Sequence record: OR204651.1
Length of the DNA: 39,837 nt
Strand: one strand, 5' to 3'
Source: Escherichia phage pO103
Below, piece by piece: positions 1 to 8,411 of the stretch. The first letter of the stretch is position 1, and each line of letters opens with the position of its first letter. Below the pieces are notes generated by a model, which was given only the letters and a program-made list of their open reading frames with translations, searched no databases and was not told the DNA's origin. The translations under genes and the position numbers were made by a program.

Positions 1-59
1 TCTCATAGTTCATACACACCGAGTTCCCCCCACCTATGGCCTCCTTCAGTTCCACCCAA

Positions 60-330
60 AGAGTCGGCCCCTTATGGTAACTTATGGTTTACTTAATGTC
101 AATCCTTATGTGAGACATTGAGTTAACTTTAGGTGTTACCACTAGATGTGGTGTGTGGGGGACATTATGACCACTATATGTAGTCCTCTCTGTGTCCCTA
201 TCTGTAATCACCTTATGTTTCCTCTTTGAGTTAACACCTTATGTCACCTCTTATTAGCTACGCTAACCTTATGTCTATCCTTATGGCTGCCTCTCCTTAT
301 GTTAACCTTCAGTCGGTGCCTTCAGTCTAT
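60..330. repeat. Left-end array of CCTTATG heptamer repeats (copies at about 70, 104, 211, 237, 267, 279, 295, plus CCTTCAG variants at 306 and 319), analogous to the CCTAAAG-type repeats near T7 genome ends
   Basis: Direct reading of repeated heptamer; same heptamer recurs at the right end of the window (39699, 39754, 39780). Confidence 0.7.
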
Positions 331-378
331 AGACACCTATCGTTACCACTATTAGACCAGCCTTAAAGACCATACAGC

Positions 379-401
379 TAATGCGACTCACTATTGGGAA
401 T
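379..401 (+). promoter_or_regulatory. Phage RNAP promoter phiOL-like (TAATGCGACTCACTATTGGGAAT)
   Basis: 21/23 match to T7 class promoter core; downstream GGGAATGG identical to right-end promoter at 39271. Confidence 0.6.
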
Positions 402-611
402 GGTTGTTTATAGTCTTATTACTATTCCCTTCCTTATAGGGATAACTTAAAGACTACTTAAAGAGGACTATTTGTTACTTTAAGTATTGACTCTAAGATT
501 AGATAGTGTATTATTCATCACATCAAGGCGACACGGTAACACCGGATAGCTGAGATGCCACTAGTCAAGTGGTCAAGTAGACAACCTGATAAGTCATATG
601 AAAAACAGGTA

Positions 612-641
612 TTGACAAGAAGTAAAGAAGTACGATAAGAT
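612..641 (+). promoter_or_regulatory. Host RNAP (sigma70) early promoter A1-like: TTGACA, 18-nt spacer, TAAGAT
   Basis: Consensus -35 TTGACA at 612-617 and -10 TAAGAT at 636-641. Confidence 0.6.
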
Positions 642-703
642 ACACAACGTCAGCACAACGATTATCCTCTGAAACAACATGAGGTGTCACGGTAGGAGAG
701 GTG

Positions 704-733
704 TTGACAAGCAGTAAAGATAAGATGTAAGAT
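704..733 (+). promoter_or_regulatory. Host RNAP early promoter A2-like: TTGACA, 18-nt spacer, TAAGAT
   Basis: TTGACA at 704-709, TAAGAT at 728-733; flanking sequence resembles T7 A2. Confidence 0.6.
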
Positions 734-851
734 GTACGACATGCAGTAAGGGTGTAGGGATAGGAACCGAGAAACCTGCCCGTGACCCGCCAAGGATAAG
801 GCACTAGCCATGAGTCGAATTCGGTCACTCATCGCATAAAAGAATAACAGG

Positions 852-880
852 TTGACAGCCTCCTTTAAAAGCTGTAAGCT
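852..880 (+). promoter_or_regulatory. Host RNAP early promoter A3-like: TTGACA, 17-nt spacer, TAAGCT
   Basis: TTGACA at 852-857, TAAGCT at 875-880. Confidence 0.55.
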
Positions 881-1006
881 GTACCACATGCACTACATAA
901 CGTTCTTGTGAAGTCCCACACTGAAAGGGACTCGGTGCTAACGAAACCTGCACTTAAAGTTCTTTAACAATATGGATAAACATTCTTGATAACGCCGACT
1001 GATAGC

Positions 1007-1060
1007 GATTAACTCAAGGGCATACATTAAGTAACAGCGTGTGCTCTTTATGATAATCAC
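1007..1060 (+). promoter_or_regulatory. RNase III processing site R0.3-like (AACTCAAGG...CTCTTTATGAT imperfect hairpin)
   Basis: Shares the AACTCAAGG / CTTTATGAT arms seen at five other sites in this genome and in T7 RNase III sites. Confidence 0.5.
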
Positions 1061-1084
1061 TAACACACATAATGAGGCACTATC

Positions 1085-1543
1085 ATGATTTACACTAACG
1101 AACCTGCAAACGTATTCTATGTACTGGTATCAGCGTTCCGCTCTAACCTCTGCGACGAAGTAAATATGAGTCGTCATCGTCACATGGTTAACTCACTGCG
1201 TAATGCACCGCTTGAATACGGTAGCGTTGAGTCTACAGACTTGACTGGTTGTTATCGAGAGGCCATCGCAAGTGCACCGACTGAGGAACTGACCGTTCGT
1301 GTACGCTGTGCTAACAGAGCTCAAGCAATAGCGGTTGCACGTCTGGCGTGTAACGAGTTCGACCAAGATTGTGTATTGGTCTATAAGTCACAGACGCACA
1401 CGGCTGGCTTAGTGTACGCTCAAGGCATTACTGGCTATAAAGCTGAACGTCTGCCGGGTAGCTTCCAAGAAGTGCCTAAAGGCGCACCGCTTCAAGGTTG
1501 CTTCACGATTGATGAGTTCGGTCGCCGCTGGCAAGTACAGTAA
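1085..1543 (+). CDS. 0.3: Gene 0.3 S-adenosylmethionine-cleaving enzyme (T3-type SAMase / SAM lyase), anti-restriction
   Basis: 152 aa; near-identical in recalled motifs to T3 SAMase (MI.T.EPANVFYVLVSAFRSNLCDEVNMSRHRH ... GCFTIDEFGRRWQVQ); GAGG RBS upstream. Confidence 0.85.
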   Translation: MIYTNEPANVFYVLVSAFRSNLCDEVNMSRHRHMVNSLRNAPLEYGSVESTDLTGCYREAIASAPTEELTVRVRCANRAQAIAVARLACNEFDQDCVLVYKSQTHTAGLVYAQGITGYKAERLPGSFQEVPKGAPLQGCFTIDEFGRRWQVQ

Positions 1544-1600
1544 GTGATAAACTCAAGGTCGCTCCATGCGAGTGGCCTTTATGATTATCACTTTAACATG
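1544..1600 (+). promoter_or_regulatory. RNase III site R0.5-like (GTGATAAACTCAAGGTC...GGCCTTTATGATTATCAC)
   Basis: Long imperfect inverted repeat with conserved T7 RNase III arms. Confidence 0.6.
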
Positions 1601-1617
1601 CAATAGGACTAACACCA

Positions 1618-1817
1618 TGAGTAAACTTCTGGCAATCTCTAAAATCAAAGGCCAATGCACTGTAACACTGCGTGAGTACTATCACGGGTCAATGGGATGC
1701 ACCTATGTTGTGCGATACGGTAAACAAGTCACACATTGGGTAAACCTGATTTTAGCGCAAGAAGAGTATCAAGCCTGTGTGATACACCAAGCAACATGTG
1801 CGGGCTGGAATGACTGA
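1618..1817 (+). CDS. Hypothetical early protein (66 aa from ATG 1618; ORF open from 1566)
   Basis: ORF in early region; AGGA RBS about 10 nt upstream of ATG 1618; the 1566 start would sit inside the RNase III hairpin. Confidence 0.45.
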
Positions 1818-1850
1818 TGACGCTATTTGCACTCTATGAGGTAACACCAC

Positions 1851-2048
1851 ATGTTATATACATTTGTTGCACTCGTTTACACTCTAATCGCGCTGTACTT
1901 CCTTCGAGACTTCCGCAAGGGTCTCAAGGTACACAAGGCTAACTTCTCGCACTTAAAGTATGGCTTCCTCCCGTGCTTCACTGTCCGTGAACGCAATGGA
2001 CGCTTTAAGGCTAACAAGGTGGGTATTTTCTATGTCGCAACACACTAA
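1851..2048 (+). CDS. Hypothetical early protein, 65 aa, hydrophobic N-terminus
   Basis: ORF with GAGG RBS (1838-1841). Confidence 0.5.
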   Translation: MLYTFVALVYTLIALYFLRDFRKGLKVHKANFSHLKYGFLPCFTVRERNGRFKANKVGIFYVATH

Positions 2049-2250
2049 TGAACTGAAGAAAGGCTATAGGTCTAATGGCACACTCAACGCAGCAAACAGG
2101 CGTATCGTGAGAACGTGGCGCGAGAACAATCTCGAACGGCGCAAGGAACAGGAGCGGGCTGCATGGCATAGACGAAAGGCAAAGGTCAAAGCACAGAAGC
2201 TCGCAGCACTCGAACAAGCAGTAACCAATACATTGAACACTCTTTCTTAA
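2032..2250 (+). CDS. Hypothetical early protein, 72 aa, strongly basic (Arg/Lys-rich)
   Basis: ORF from ATG 2032 with GGTGG RBS; overlaps previous ORF by 17 nt; track ORF 1960..2250 is the same frame. Confidence 0.45.
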   Translation: MSQHTNELKKGYRSNGTLNAANRRIVRTWRENNLERRKEQERAAWHRRKAKVKAQKLAALEQAVTNTLNTLS

Positions 2251-2271
2251 ACTTAAATAGGACACAATCTA

Positions 2272-3357
2272 ATGAACTACACCGACATTCAGGCACGTCT
2301 GGAAATCATCAAGTCTCTTCCGATTAGCGACTTGGACAAGCGCCAGCCTCTTCTGGTTGCACTGGCTGCTGACATCGTGAACGGTGAAACATGTGATGGT
2401 AACGATACCGATGGCTTGACTGGCTTGGAGTATCAGGACTGGTGGGACACCTTGGACGCACTGATGCGTGATGCAGGGTTTCGCATGCTAGGCAATGGTC
2501 ACTTCAGCGCGGCCTACTCGCACGAAATGTTACCGGGTCGAGTCATTAAGGTTGGCTTTAAGAAAGAGGATTCAGGCGCTGCATACACTGCATTCTGTAG
2601 GATGCACCAAGGCCGAGCGGGTATCCCTAACGTCTATCACGTAGCACGTCATGCAGGTTGCTATACGGTTGTATTGGACCACTTGAATAGTTGCGACCGC
2701 GATAATTACGACCATGAGGTATACGCTGACCTCGCACGTTACTTTGTGGAGTCGGATTGCCATGACGCAAGCGACTTTGCACCGGGTGACTACGAGTTCA
2801 TTGAGACATGCAAGCTGATTCGTGAGTTCTTCAAAGGGATTGCATCCTTCGACATGCACAGTGGGAACATTATGTTCGACGATAACGATGTTCCGTACAT
2901 CACTGACCCAGTCAGCTTCTCACATGACCGTGAACGTGAGGACGGTTTCCCTCTGGACCCTGAAGCACTGCTGGCCGAGGTCGAGGCTGTAGCGCAAGAA
3001 CGCATGATTGAACGTTGCCGCAACCGCAAGGCCAAGCGTGACCCTAACGGAACCTTTCAGGTTAACCGCAAGGCCAACATGAAACGCCGTAAGCACAACC
3101 GTAAGTTACATGTCAAAGGTATGGCACAGTTTGTTAAAGGTTGCATCGAACGCAGGGCCATTGATAGAAACGAACGCCGTGCTGAGATGCTCATGGGGTC
3201 TGCATGGAATAACTTCTGGTTCCGCAATGGTCCCTCAGCGGCACGCAAGGTTGAACAAGTGAACGGCCTTAAGTGGCAACTAGGGGACCGCCTCGCAATC
3301 CAAGCGGGACTCCCTCTGAACATCGACAAGGTACTTGACGCTAAACTGATGGGCTGA
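2272..3357 (+). CDS. 0.7: Gene 0.7 serine/threonine protein kinase / host transcription shut-off protein
   Basis: 361 aa (T7 gp0.7 is 359 aa), position between 0.3 and gene 1, kinase-like N-terminal half. Confidence 0.8.
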   Translation: MNYTDIQARLEIIKSLPISDLDKRQPLLVALAADIVNGETCDGNDTDGLTGLEYQDWWDTLDALMRDAGFRMLGNGHFSAAYSHEMLPGRVIKVGFKKEDSGAAYTAFCRMHQGRAGIPNVYHVARHAGCYTVVLDHLNSCDRDNYDHEVYADLARYFVESDCHDASDFAPGDYEFIETCKLIREFFKGIASFDMHSGNIMFDDNDVPYITDPVSFSHDREREDGFPLDPEALLAEVEAVAQERMIERCRNRKAKRDPNGTFQVNRKANMKRRKHNRKLHVKGMAQFVKGCIERRAIDRNERRAEMLMGSAWNNFWFRNGPSAARKVEQVNGLKWQLGDRLAIQAGLPLNIDKVLDAKLMG

Positions 3358-3410
3358 TAAGGTGTATCTTCAAGGTCGGCACTGACTGCTGGCCTTTATA
3401 GATAAACTTT
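3357..3410 (+). promoter_or_regulatory. RNase III site R1.1-like (TATCTTCAAGGTCGG...GGCCTTTATAGATA)
   Basis: Conserved CAAGGTC / GGCCTTTAT arms; precedes gene 1. Confidence 0.55.
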
Positions 3411-3430
3411 CTTAACAACGTGAGGCAACA

Positions 3431-6082
3431 ATGACTAACGTAATCAATGCACCAAAGAATGACTTCTCTGACATCGCTAACGCAATCCAGCCTTACAACA
3501 TACTGGCTGACCATTACGGCGCACAGCTTGCAGCTACACAGCTTGAGTTGGAACATGAAGCGCACACCGAGGGCGAGAAGCGTTTCCTTAAGGCAATGGA
3601 GCGTCAAATCAAAGCGGGTGAGTTCGGTGACAACGCAGTGGCTAAACCTCTCCTGTCATCCCTCGCACCAAAGTTTATCGAGGCGTGGAACACTTGGTTC
3701 ACCGAAGTAGAATCTAAGCGTGGGAAACGTCCAGTGGCCTACAATCTGGTACAGAAGATTGCACCGGAAGCTGCCGCATTCATCACACTGAAAGTCACAC
3801 TGGCTTGTCTGACCAAAGAGGAATACACCAACCTACAATCGGTTGCAACTAAGATTGGTCGTAGCATTGAAGATGAGTTGCGTTTCGGACGCATTCGTGA
3901 CGAAGAAGCGAAGCACTTTAAGAATCACGTACAGGAAGCACTGAACAAGCGCGTTGGTATCGTCTACAAGAAAGCATTCATGCAAGCTGTAGAGGGCAAG
4001 ATGTTAGACGCTGGTCAACTGCAAACCAAGTGGACCACATGGACACCTGAAGAATCAATCCACGTTGGTGTACGTATGTTGGAACTGCTCATTGGGTCTA
4101 CCGGTCTCGTTGAGTTACACCGACCGTTTGCTGGTAACGTTGAGAAGGATGGCGAGTACATTCAATTAACCGAACAATATGTTGACCTTCTGTCTAAACG
4201 TGCTGGGGCACTGGCTGCAATCGCTCCGATGTACCAACCTTGCGTGGTCCCTCCGAAGCCTTGGACTTCTCCGGTTGGTGGTGGCTATTGGGCTGCTGGT
4301 CGAAAGCCTCTCTCTCTGGTTCGTACTGGTTCCAAGAAGGGACTTGAGCGTTACAACGATGTGTATATGCCTGAAGTTTACAAGGCGGTGAACATCGCAC
4401 AGAATACTCCTTGGAAGATTAACAAGAAGGTTCTGGCAGTGGTCAACGAGATTGTGAACTGGAAGCATTGCCCGGTTGAAGATGTTCCTGCTCTGGAACG
4501 TGGGGAACTCCCGGTCAAACCTGAAGACATCGACACGAACGAAGCGTCACTCAAAGCATGGAAGAAAGCGGCCTCCGCAATCTACCGCAAAGAGAAGGCT
4601 CGCGTGTCTCGCCGTATGAGCATGGAGTTCATGTTAGGTCAGGCCAATAAGTTCGCACAGTTTAAAGCTATCTGGTTCCCGATGAACATGGACTGGCGCG
4701 GTCGAGTGTATGCAGTCCCAATGTTTAACCCGCAAGGCAACGACATGACCAAAGGGCTGCTGACCTTGGCTAAAGGTAAACCGATTGGTGTCGATGGGTA
4801 CTACTGGCTGAAGATTCACGGTGCTAACACTGCTGGCGTGGACAAAGTGGACTTTGCAGAACGCATCAAGTTCATTGATGACAACCATGAGAACATCATG
4901 AGCGTTGCGGCTGACCCGATTGCTAACACTTGGTGGGCCGAGCAAGACTCTCCGTTCTGCTTCCTCGCGTTCTGCTTCGAGTATGCTGGAGTTCAACACC
5001 ACGGTATGAACTATAACTGCTCTCTTCCGCTGGCGTTTGATGGTAGCTGCTCCGGTATTCAGCACTTCTCCGCGATGCTTCGTGATGAAGTAGGTGGTCG
5101 TGCGGTTAACCTGCTACCAAGCAAGGAAGTCCAGGACATCTATCGTATTGTTGCCGAACGTGTGAACGAGATGCTCCGCGAAGCGGTAATCAACGGTACT
5201 GATAACGAAGTGGAGACCGTGACAAACAAGGACACTGGTGAAATCACTGAGAAGCTCAAGCTGGGAACGAAAGAGTTAGCTGGTCAGTGGCTGGCCTACG
5301 GTGTGACTCGCAAGGTCACTAAACGTTCTGTCATGACGTTGGCTTACGGTTCCAAAGAGTACGGCTTCCGCGACCAAGTTCTTGAGGATACCATTCAGCC
5401 AGCTATCGACGATGGCAAGGGATTGATGTTCACTCAACCGAACCAAGCTGCTGGCTATATGGCTAAACTGATTTGGGACGCTGTAACGGTGACTGTGGTC
5501 GCTGCGGTTGAAGCAATGAACTGGCTGAAGTCTGCCGCTAAACTACTGGCTGCTGAAGTCAAGGACAAGAAGACTAAAGAAGTTCTCCGCAAGCGCTGCG
5601 CGGTGCATTGGGTAACACCTGATGGCTTCCCTGTGTGGCAGGAGTATCGCAAGGCAGTACAGACTCGTTTGAACCTGATGTTCTTGGGTCAGATTCGTTT
5701 GCAGCCTACCGTGAACACCAATAAGGATAGCGGAATTGATGCACGTAAGCAGGAGTCAGGTATCGCACCTAACTTTGTTCACTCAATGGACGGTAGCCAT
5801 CTGCGAATGACTGTAGTGCGCTCCAATGAGGTCTACGGTGTGGAATCCTTCGCACTGATTCATGACTCATTTGGTACTATCCCTGCTGACGCTGGCAACC
5901 TGTTTAAAGCAGTGCGTGAAACGATGGTCAACACTTACGAAGAAAACGATGTACTCGCAGACTTCTATGAGCAATTCGCTGATCAGTTACACGAATCACA
6001 GTTAGACAAGATGCCTGAGATGCCAGCTAAAGGCGCTCTGGACCTGCAAGAAATCCTCAAGTCAGACTTCGCGTTTGCCTAA
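3431..6082 (+). CDS. 1: Gene 1 single-subunit DNA-dependent RNA polymerase
   Basis: 883 aa, same length as T7 RNAP; extensive recalled identity; specificity loop has T7-type NTNKDS. Confidence 0.98.
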   Translation: MTNVINAPKNDFSDIANAIQPYNILADHYGAQLAATQLELEHEAHTEGEKRFLKAMERQIKAGEFGDNAVAKPLLSSLAPKFIEAWNTWFTEVESKRGKRPVAYNLVQKIAPEAAAFITLKVTLACLTKEEYTNLQSVATKIGRSIEDELRFGRIRDEEAKHFKNHVQEALNKRVGIVYKKAFMQAVEGKMLDAGQLQTKWTTWTPEESIHVGVRMLELLIGSTGLVELHRPFAGNVEKDGEYIQLTEQYVDLLSKRAGALAAIAPMYQPCVVPPKPWTSPVGGGYWAAGRKPLSLVRTGSKKGLERYNDVYMPEVYKAVNIAQNTPWKINKKVLAVVNEIVNWKHCPVEDVPALERGELPVKPEDIDTNEASLKAWKKAASAIYRKEKARVSRRMSMEFMLGQANKFAQFKAIWFPMNMDWRGRVYAVPMFNPQGNDMTKGLLTLAKGKPIGVDGYYWLKIHGANTAGVDKVDFAERIKFIDDNHENIMSVAADPIANTWWAEQDSPFCFLAFCFEYAGVQHHGMNYNCSLPLAFDGSCSGIQHFSAMLRDEVGGRAVNLLPSKEVQDIYRIVAERVNEMLREAVINGTDNEVETVTNKDTGEITEKLKLGTKELAGQWLAYGVTRKVTKRSVMTLAYGSKEYGFRDQVLEDTIQPAIDDGKGLMFTQPNQAAGYMAKLIWDAVTVTVVAAVEAMNWLKSAAKLLAAEVKDKKTKEVLRKRCAVHWVTPDGFPVWQEYRKAVQTRLNLMFLGQIRLQPTVNTNKDSGIDARKQESGIAPNFVHSMDGSHLRMTVVRSNEVYGVESFALIHDSFGTIPADAGNLFKAVRETMVNTYEENDVLADFYEQFADQLHESQLDKMPEMPAKGALDLQEILKSDFAFA

Positions 6083-6089
6083 CGAAATC

Positions 6090-6112
6090 TAATACGACTC
6101 ACTATTGGGAGC
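6090..6112 (+). promoter_or_regulatory. Phage promoter phi1.1 (TAATACGACTCACTATTGGGAGC); followed by AT-rich region, candidate primary origin
   Basis: 22/23 match to T7 consensus; location equals T7 phi1.1A/B origin region. Confidence 0.85.
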
Positions 6113-6172
6113 CTACGGGCTTCCTAAACTTTAAGATAACTTTAAGTTCTAACTCTAAGAGGAAACAACAGT

Positions 6173-6322
6173 ATGCGTACCAACTTTGAACCAACCACTA
6201 AGCGCAACACCATCATCAATGAACATGGTGCTGAACGGCAGGAACGTAAAGACCGCATGAAGAAACGTCACAAAACAAAGCGTGGCAACTCTGAGAAACG
6301 CAACTGGAAGGAGGCACTCTAA
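6173..6322 (+). CDS. 1.1: Gene 1.1 small basic protein (49 aa)
   Basis: Hand-translated ORF MRTNFEPTTKRN...NWKEAL; below ORF-track cut-off; stop overlaps 1.2 start (TAATG); T7 gp1.1 is similarly small and basic. Confidence 0.6.
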   Translation: MRTNFEPTTKRNTIINEHGAERQERKDRMKKRHKTKRGNSEKRNWKEAL

Positions 6323-6594
6323 TGGGTCGCTTATACAGTGGTAACTTAATAGCATACAAAGACGCTATCGAACGACTTAAAGAAGACCACGATGCAAATG
6401 TGGTCGTTGAGACTTATCGCTATGAGGACTTCACACAACGACGGATGGTAGCCGGAGAGACACTTCGAGTGGTCTTACGGAATGGCTTAATGCTGACCGC
6501 TAAGTGTTTCGAACAGGATGATGCAGACGTTCGCTGTAATGCACAGACTGAATGGCTCCGCAAGGTACACAGTGATATGAAGCACTGGAAGTAA
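6322..6594 (+). CDS. 1.2: Gene 1.2 host dGTP triphosphohydrolase inhibitor
   Basis: 90 aa; N-terminus MGRLYSGNL matches T7 gp1.2. Confidence 0.8.
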   Translation: MGRLYSGNLIAYKDAIERLKEDHDANVVVETYRYEDFTQRRMVAGETLRVVLRNGLMLTAKCFEQDDADVRCNAQTEWLRKVHSDMKHWK

Positions 6595-6615
6595 TACGAC
6601 TCACTATTGCGAGAG
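6593..6615 (+). promoter_or_regulatory. Phage promoter phi1.3 (TAATACGACTCACTATTGCGAGA)
   Basis: Consensus -17 to -1 with variant initiating region. Confidence 0.75.
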
Positions 6616-6662
6616 GTAAACTCAAGGTCATCCGAAAGGTTGGACTTTGTGATTAACTTTTG
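6613..6662 (+). promoter_or_regulatory. RNase III site R1.3-like (TAAACTCAAGGTCATCCGAAAGGTTGGACTTTGTGATTAAC)
   Basis: Conserved arms. Confidence 0.6.
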
Positions 6663-6702
6663 TTTAAACATTAACCCATAACACACACATAGGAGTTCCA
6701 TC

Positions 6703-7785
6703 ATGGAAATCAACTTTAAGACTTCGCCACATAAAGCTGTATCATTCGTTGAGTCTGCTGTTAATAAAGCTCTCGACAAAGCTGGCTACCTGATTGCTGA
6801 CATTAAATATGATGGCGTTCGTGGTAACATTGTAGTTGACCAGTTCGGTGTGGCTGCGTGGCTGTCACGCGTCAGCAAGACCATCCCGGCACTTGAGCAC
6901 CTAAATAGTGAATCACTAAGCTACCGCTGGGTGCAGCTTCTTAGCGATGACCGCTGTATCTTCCCTGATGGCTTCATGCTTGATGGTGAACTGATGGTCA
7001 AAGGAGTAGACTTCAACACAGGGTCTGGCTTACTGAGGACCAAGTGGCTCAAGCAGAAGAACTTCATGTACACTGATTGTTCTGAGTGGGGCAAGGACTG
7101 TACGGGAAAACCTTTCGAGCTAGACGTTAAGCGACTCAAAGTTATCCTCTATGGTGTCATGCCGTTTGACTCTATGGTCTCCGGTGAGACCTACGAAGTG
7201 ATGAACCTACTGATGCGCGAGCATGTTAAGGCTATGCTTCCTGTTCTGCGCGAGCACTTCCCTGAAATCGAATGGGACATCTCTGAGAGCTACGAAGTGT
7301 ACGATATGGTAGAACTGAATGCCCTCTATGAGAAAGCCCGTGCCGATGGTCATGAAGGTCTGGTAGTCAAAGACCCGCTGGGATTCTATATGCGCGGTAA
7401 GAAGTCCGGCTACTGGAAGATGAAGCCTGAGTGTGAAGCTGATGGTGTAATCGTGGGACTCAATTGGGGGACTAAAGGTCTCGCTAATGAAGGCAAAGTT
7501 ATTGGCTTCGAGGTTCTCTTGGAGTCCGGTCGCGTAGTTAATGCCAACAACATTAGCCAAGAGTTGATGGACGAGTTCACCGAGAAGGTAAAGGAGAAGA
7601 CACTAAGTGACTGCGGGTTCTTCAGTCCATACGGAATCGGAGACAATGATGCCTGTACGCGTAACCCCTTCGAGGGCTGGCAGTGCCAAGTGGCCTACAT
7701 GGAGGAAACTCCTGATGGTTCTCTGCGTCACCCATCGTTCGTTATGTTCCGAGGAACTGAGGATAACCCAAAGGAGAAAATGTAA
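6703..7785 (+). CDS. 1.3: Gene 1.3 ATP-dependent DNA ligase
   Basis: 360 aa; adenylation motif KYDGVR; matches T7 ligase length (359 aa). Confidence 0.95.
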   Translation: MEINFKTSPHKAVSFVESAVNKALDKAGYLIADIKYDGVRGNIVVDQFGVAAWLSRVSKTIPALEHLNSESLSYRWVQLLSDDRCIFPDGFMLDGELMVKGVDFNTGSGLLRTKWLKQKNFMYTDCSEWGKDCTGKPFELDVKRLKVILYGVMPFDSMVSGETYEVMNLLMREHVKAMLPVLREHFPEIEWDISESYEVYDMVELNALYEKARADGHEGLVVKDPLGFYMRGKKSGYWKMKPECEADGVIVGLNWGTKGLANEGKVIGFEVLLESGRVVNANNISQELMDEFTEKVKEKTLSDCGFFSPYGIGDNDACTRNPFEGWQCQVAYMEETPDGSLRHPSFVMFRGTEDNPKEKM

Positions 7786-7967
7786 TGCTTATCTTTGACG
7801 AGAACGGTTGGAGAGTGTATCAACACCCACACCTGATGATATTCCACATATCAAAGTGGATGGAAGGAGATGACCGGAGAAGCTACGGGAGAACTTGGGA
7901 CTACTTTACTGTCCATGAGTGCCATAGTATTAAGGAAGTCAAAGAGTACCTACGAAACAATATGTAA
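7785..7967 (+). CDS. Hypothetical protein (60 aa), gene 1.4 position
   Basis: ORF overlapping ligase stop (ATGA-type coupling). Confidence 0.4.
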   Translation: MLIFDENGWRVYQHPHLMIFHISKWMEGDDRRSYGRTWDYFTVHECHSIKEVKEYLRNNM

Positions 7968-7975
7968 AGACAAAC

Positions 7976-8005
7976 GGTCAGTCCTTAAGGGGCTGGCCTT
8001 TTTGC
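7976..8005 (+). terminator. Early (host RNAP) rho-independent terminator TE-like: GGTCAG stem, CTGGCC, then TTTTT
   Basis: Hairpin followed by T-run just before the first class II promoter, as in T7. Confidence 0.55.
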
Positions 8006-8009
8006 GTTT

Positions 8010-8032
8010 CTATACGACTCACTATGGAGGAA
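8010..8032 (+). promoter_or_regulatory. Candidate phage promoter (phi1.5-like), variant: TATACGACTCACTAT-GGAGGA, one nt short before GG
   Basis: Core CGACTCACTAT present but -17 region and -1 deviate. Confidence 0.45.
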
Positions 8033-8039
8033 CAACCTC

Positions 8040-8120
8040 ATGCTATTTCTAATCGTCGCTATCATTGCTGCCACCTTTGCTCTCGTTATCATTGATGACA
8101 ACTGCTGGCCTGATTGCTAA
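8040..8120 (+). CDS. Small hydrophobic peptide, 26 aa (MLFLIVAIIAATFALVIIDDNCWPDC), gene 1.5 position
   Basis: GGAGG RBS 7 nt upstream; single predicted TM helix; below ORF-track cut-off. Confidence 0.35.
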   Translation: MLFLIVAIIAATFALVIIDDNCWPDC

Positions 8121-8147
8121 TATGACTCACATATGGAGGACACAACT

Positions 8148-8411
8148 ATGTTAAGACTTCACTTCAATAAATCTAATGGTATCTTTTCGGCTCGTGGTGC
8201 TGACCGCTCTACGGTTCTGGCCTCTGAGAAACACGCAGTCATCCCTAAAGTGCTTGGCTCGACCATTGAGTTAGCACCTCGTGTTCACGCTGTAATTACT
8301 ACTGGCTTATATAAAGAAGCGACCACTGGCTCCCGGCCTTTCATTCCGGTTCTCGTCACCCGTTTCCCTAAAGTCCGTCTGGTAATTGCGCGTATCAAGG
8401 AGGTGTTCTAA
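8148..8411 (+). CDS. Gene 1.6-like hypothetical protein (87 aa)
   Basis: GGAGGA RBS at 8135-8140; T7 gp1.6 is 88 aa at the same position. Confidence 0.55.
   Translation: MLRLHFNKSNGIFSARGADRSTVLASEKHAVIPKVLGSTIELAPRVHAVITTGLYKEATTGSRPFIPVLVTRFPKVRLVIARIKEVF

Noticed and set aside
565-889. Minus-strand ORFs 565..828 and 662..889
   Set aside because: They cover the strong early-promoter region; T7-like genomes are transcribed only left to right; no RBS context.
1566-1617. Upstream start at 1566 for the first small early ORF
   Set aside because: That ATG lies in the RNase III hairpin with a poor RBS; ATG 1618 has a better-placed AGGA, but the choice is unverified.
3447-3710. Alternative-frame ORF inside gene 1
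   Set aside because: Fully nested in the RNAP gene with no independent start signals.
7870-8052. ORF 7870..8052 (60 aa)
   Set aside because: Reads through the TE terminator hairpin and the candidate promoter; more likely non-coding regulatory sequence.
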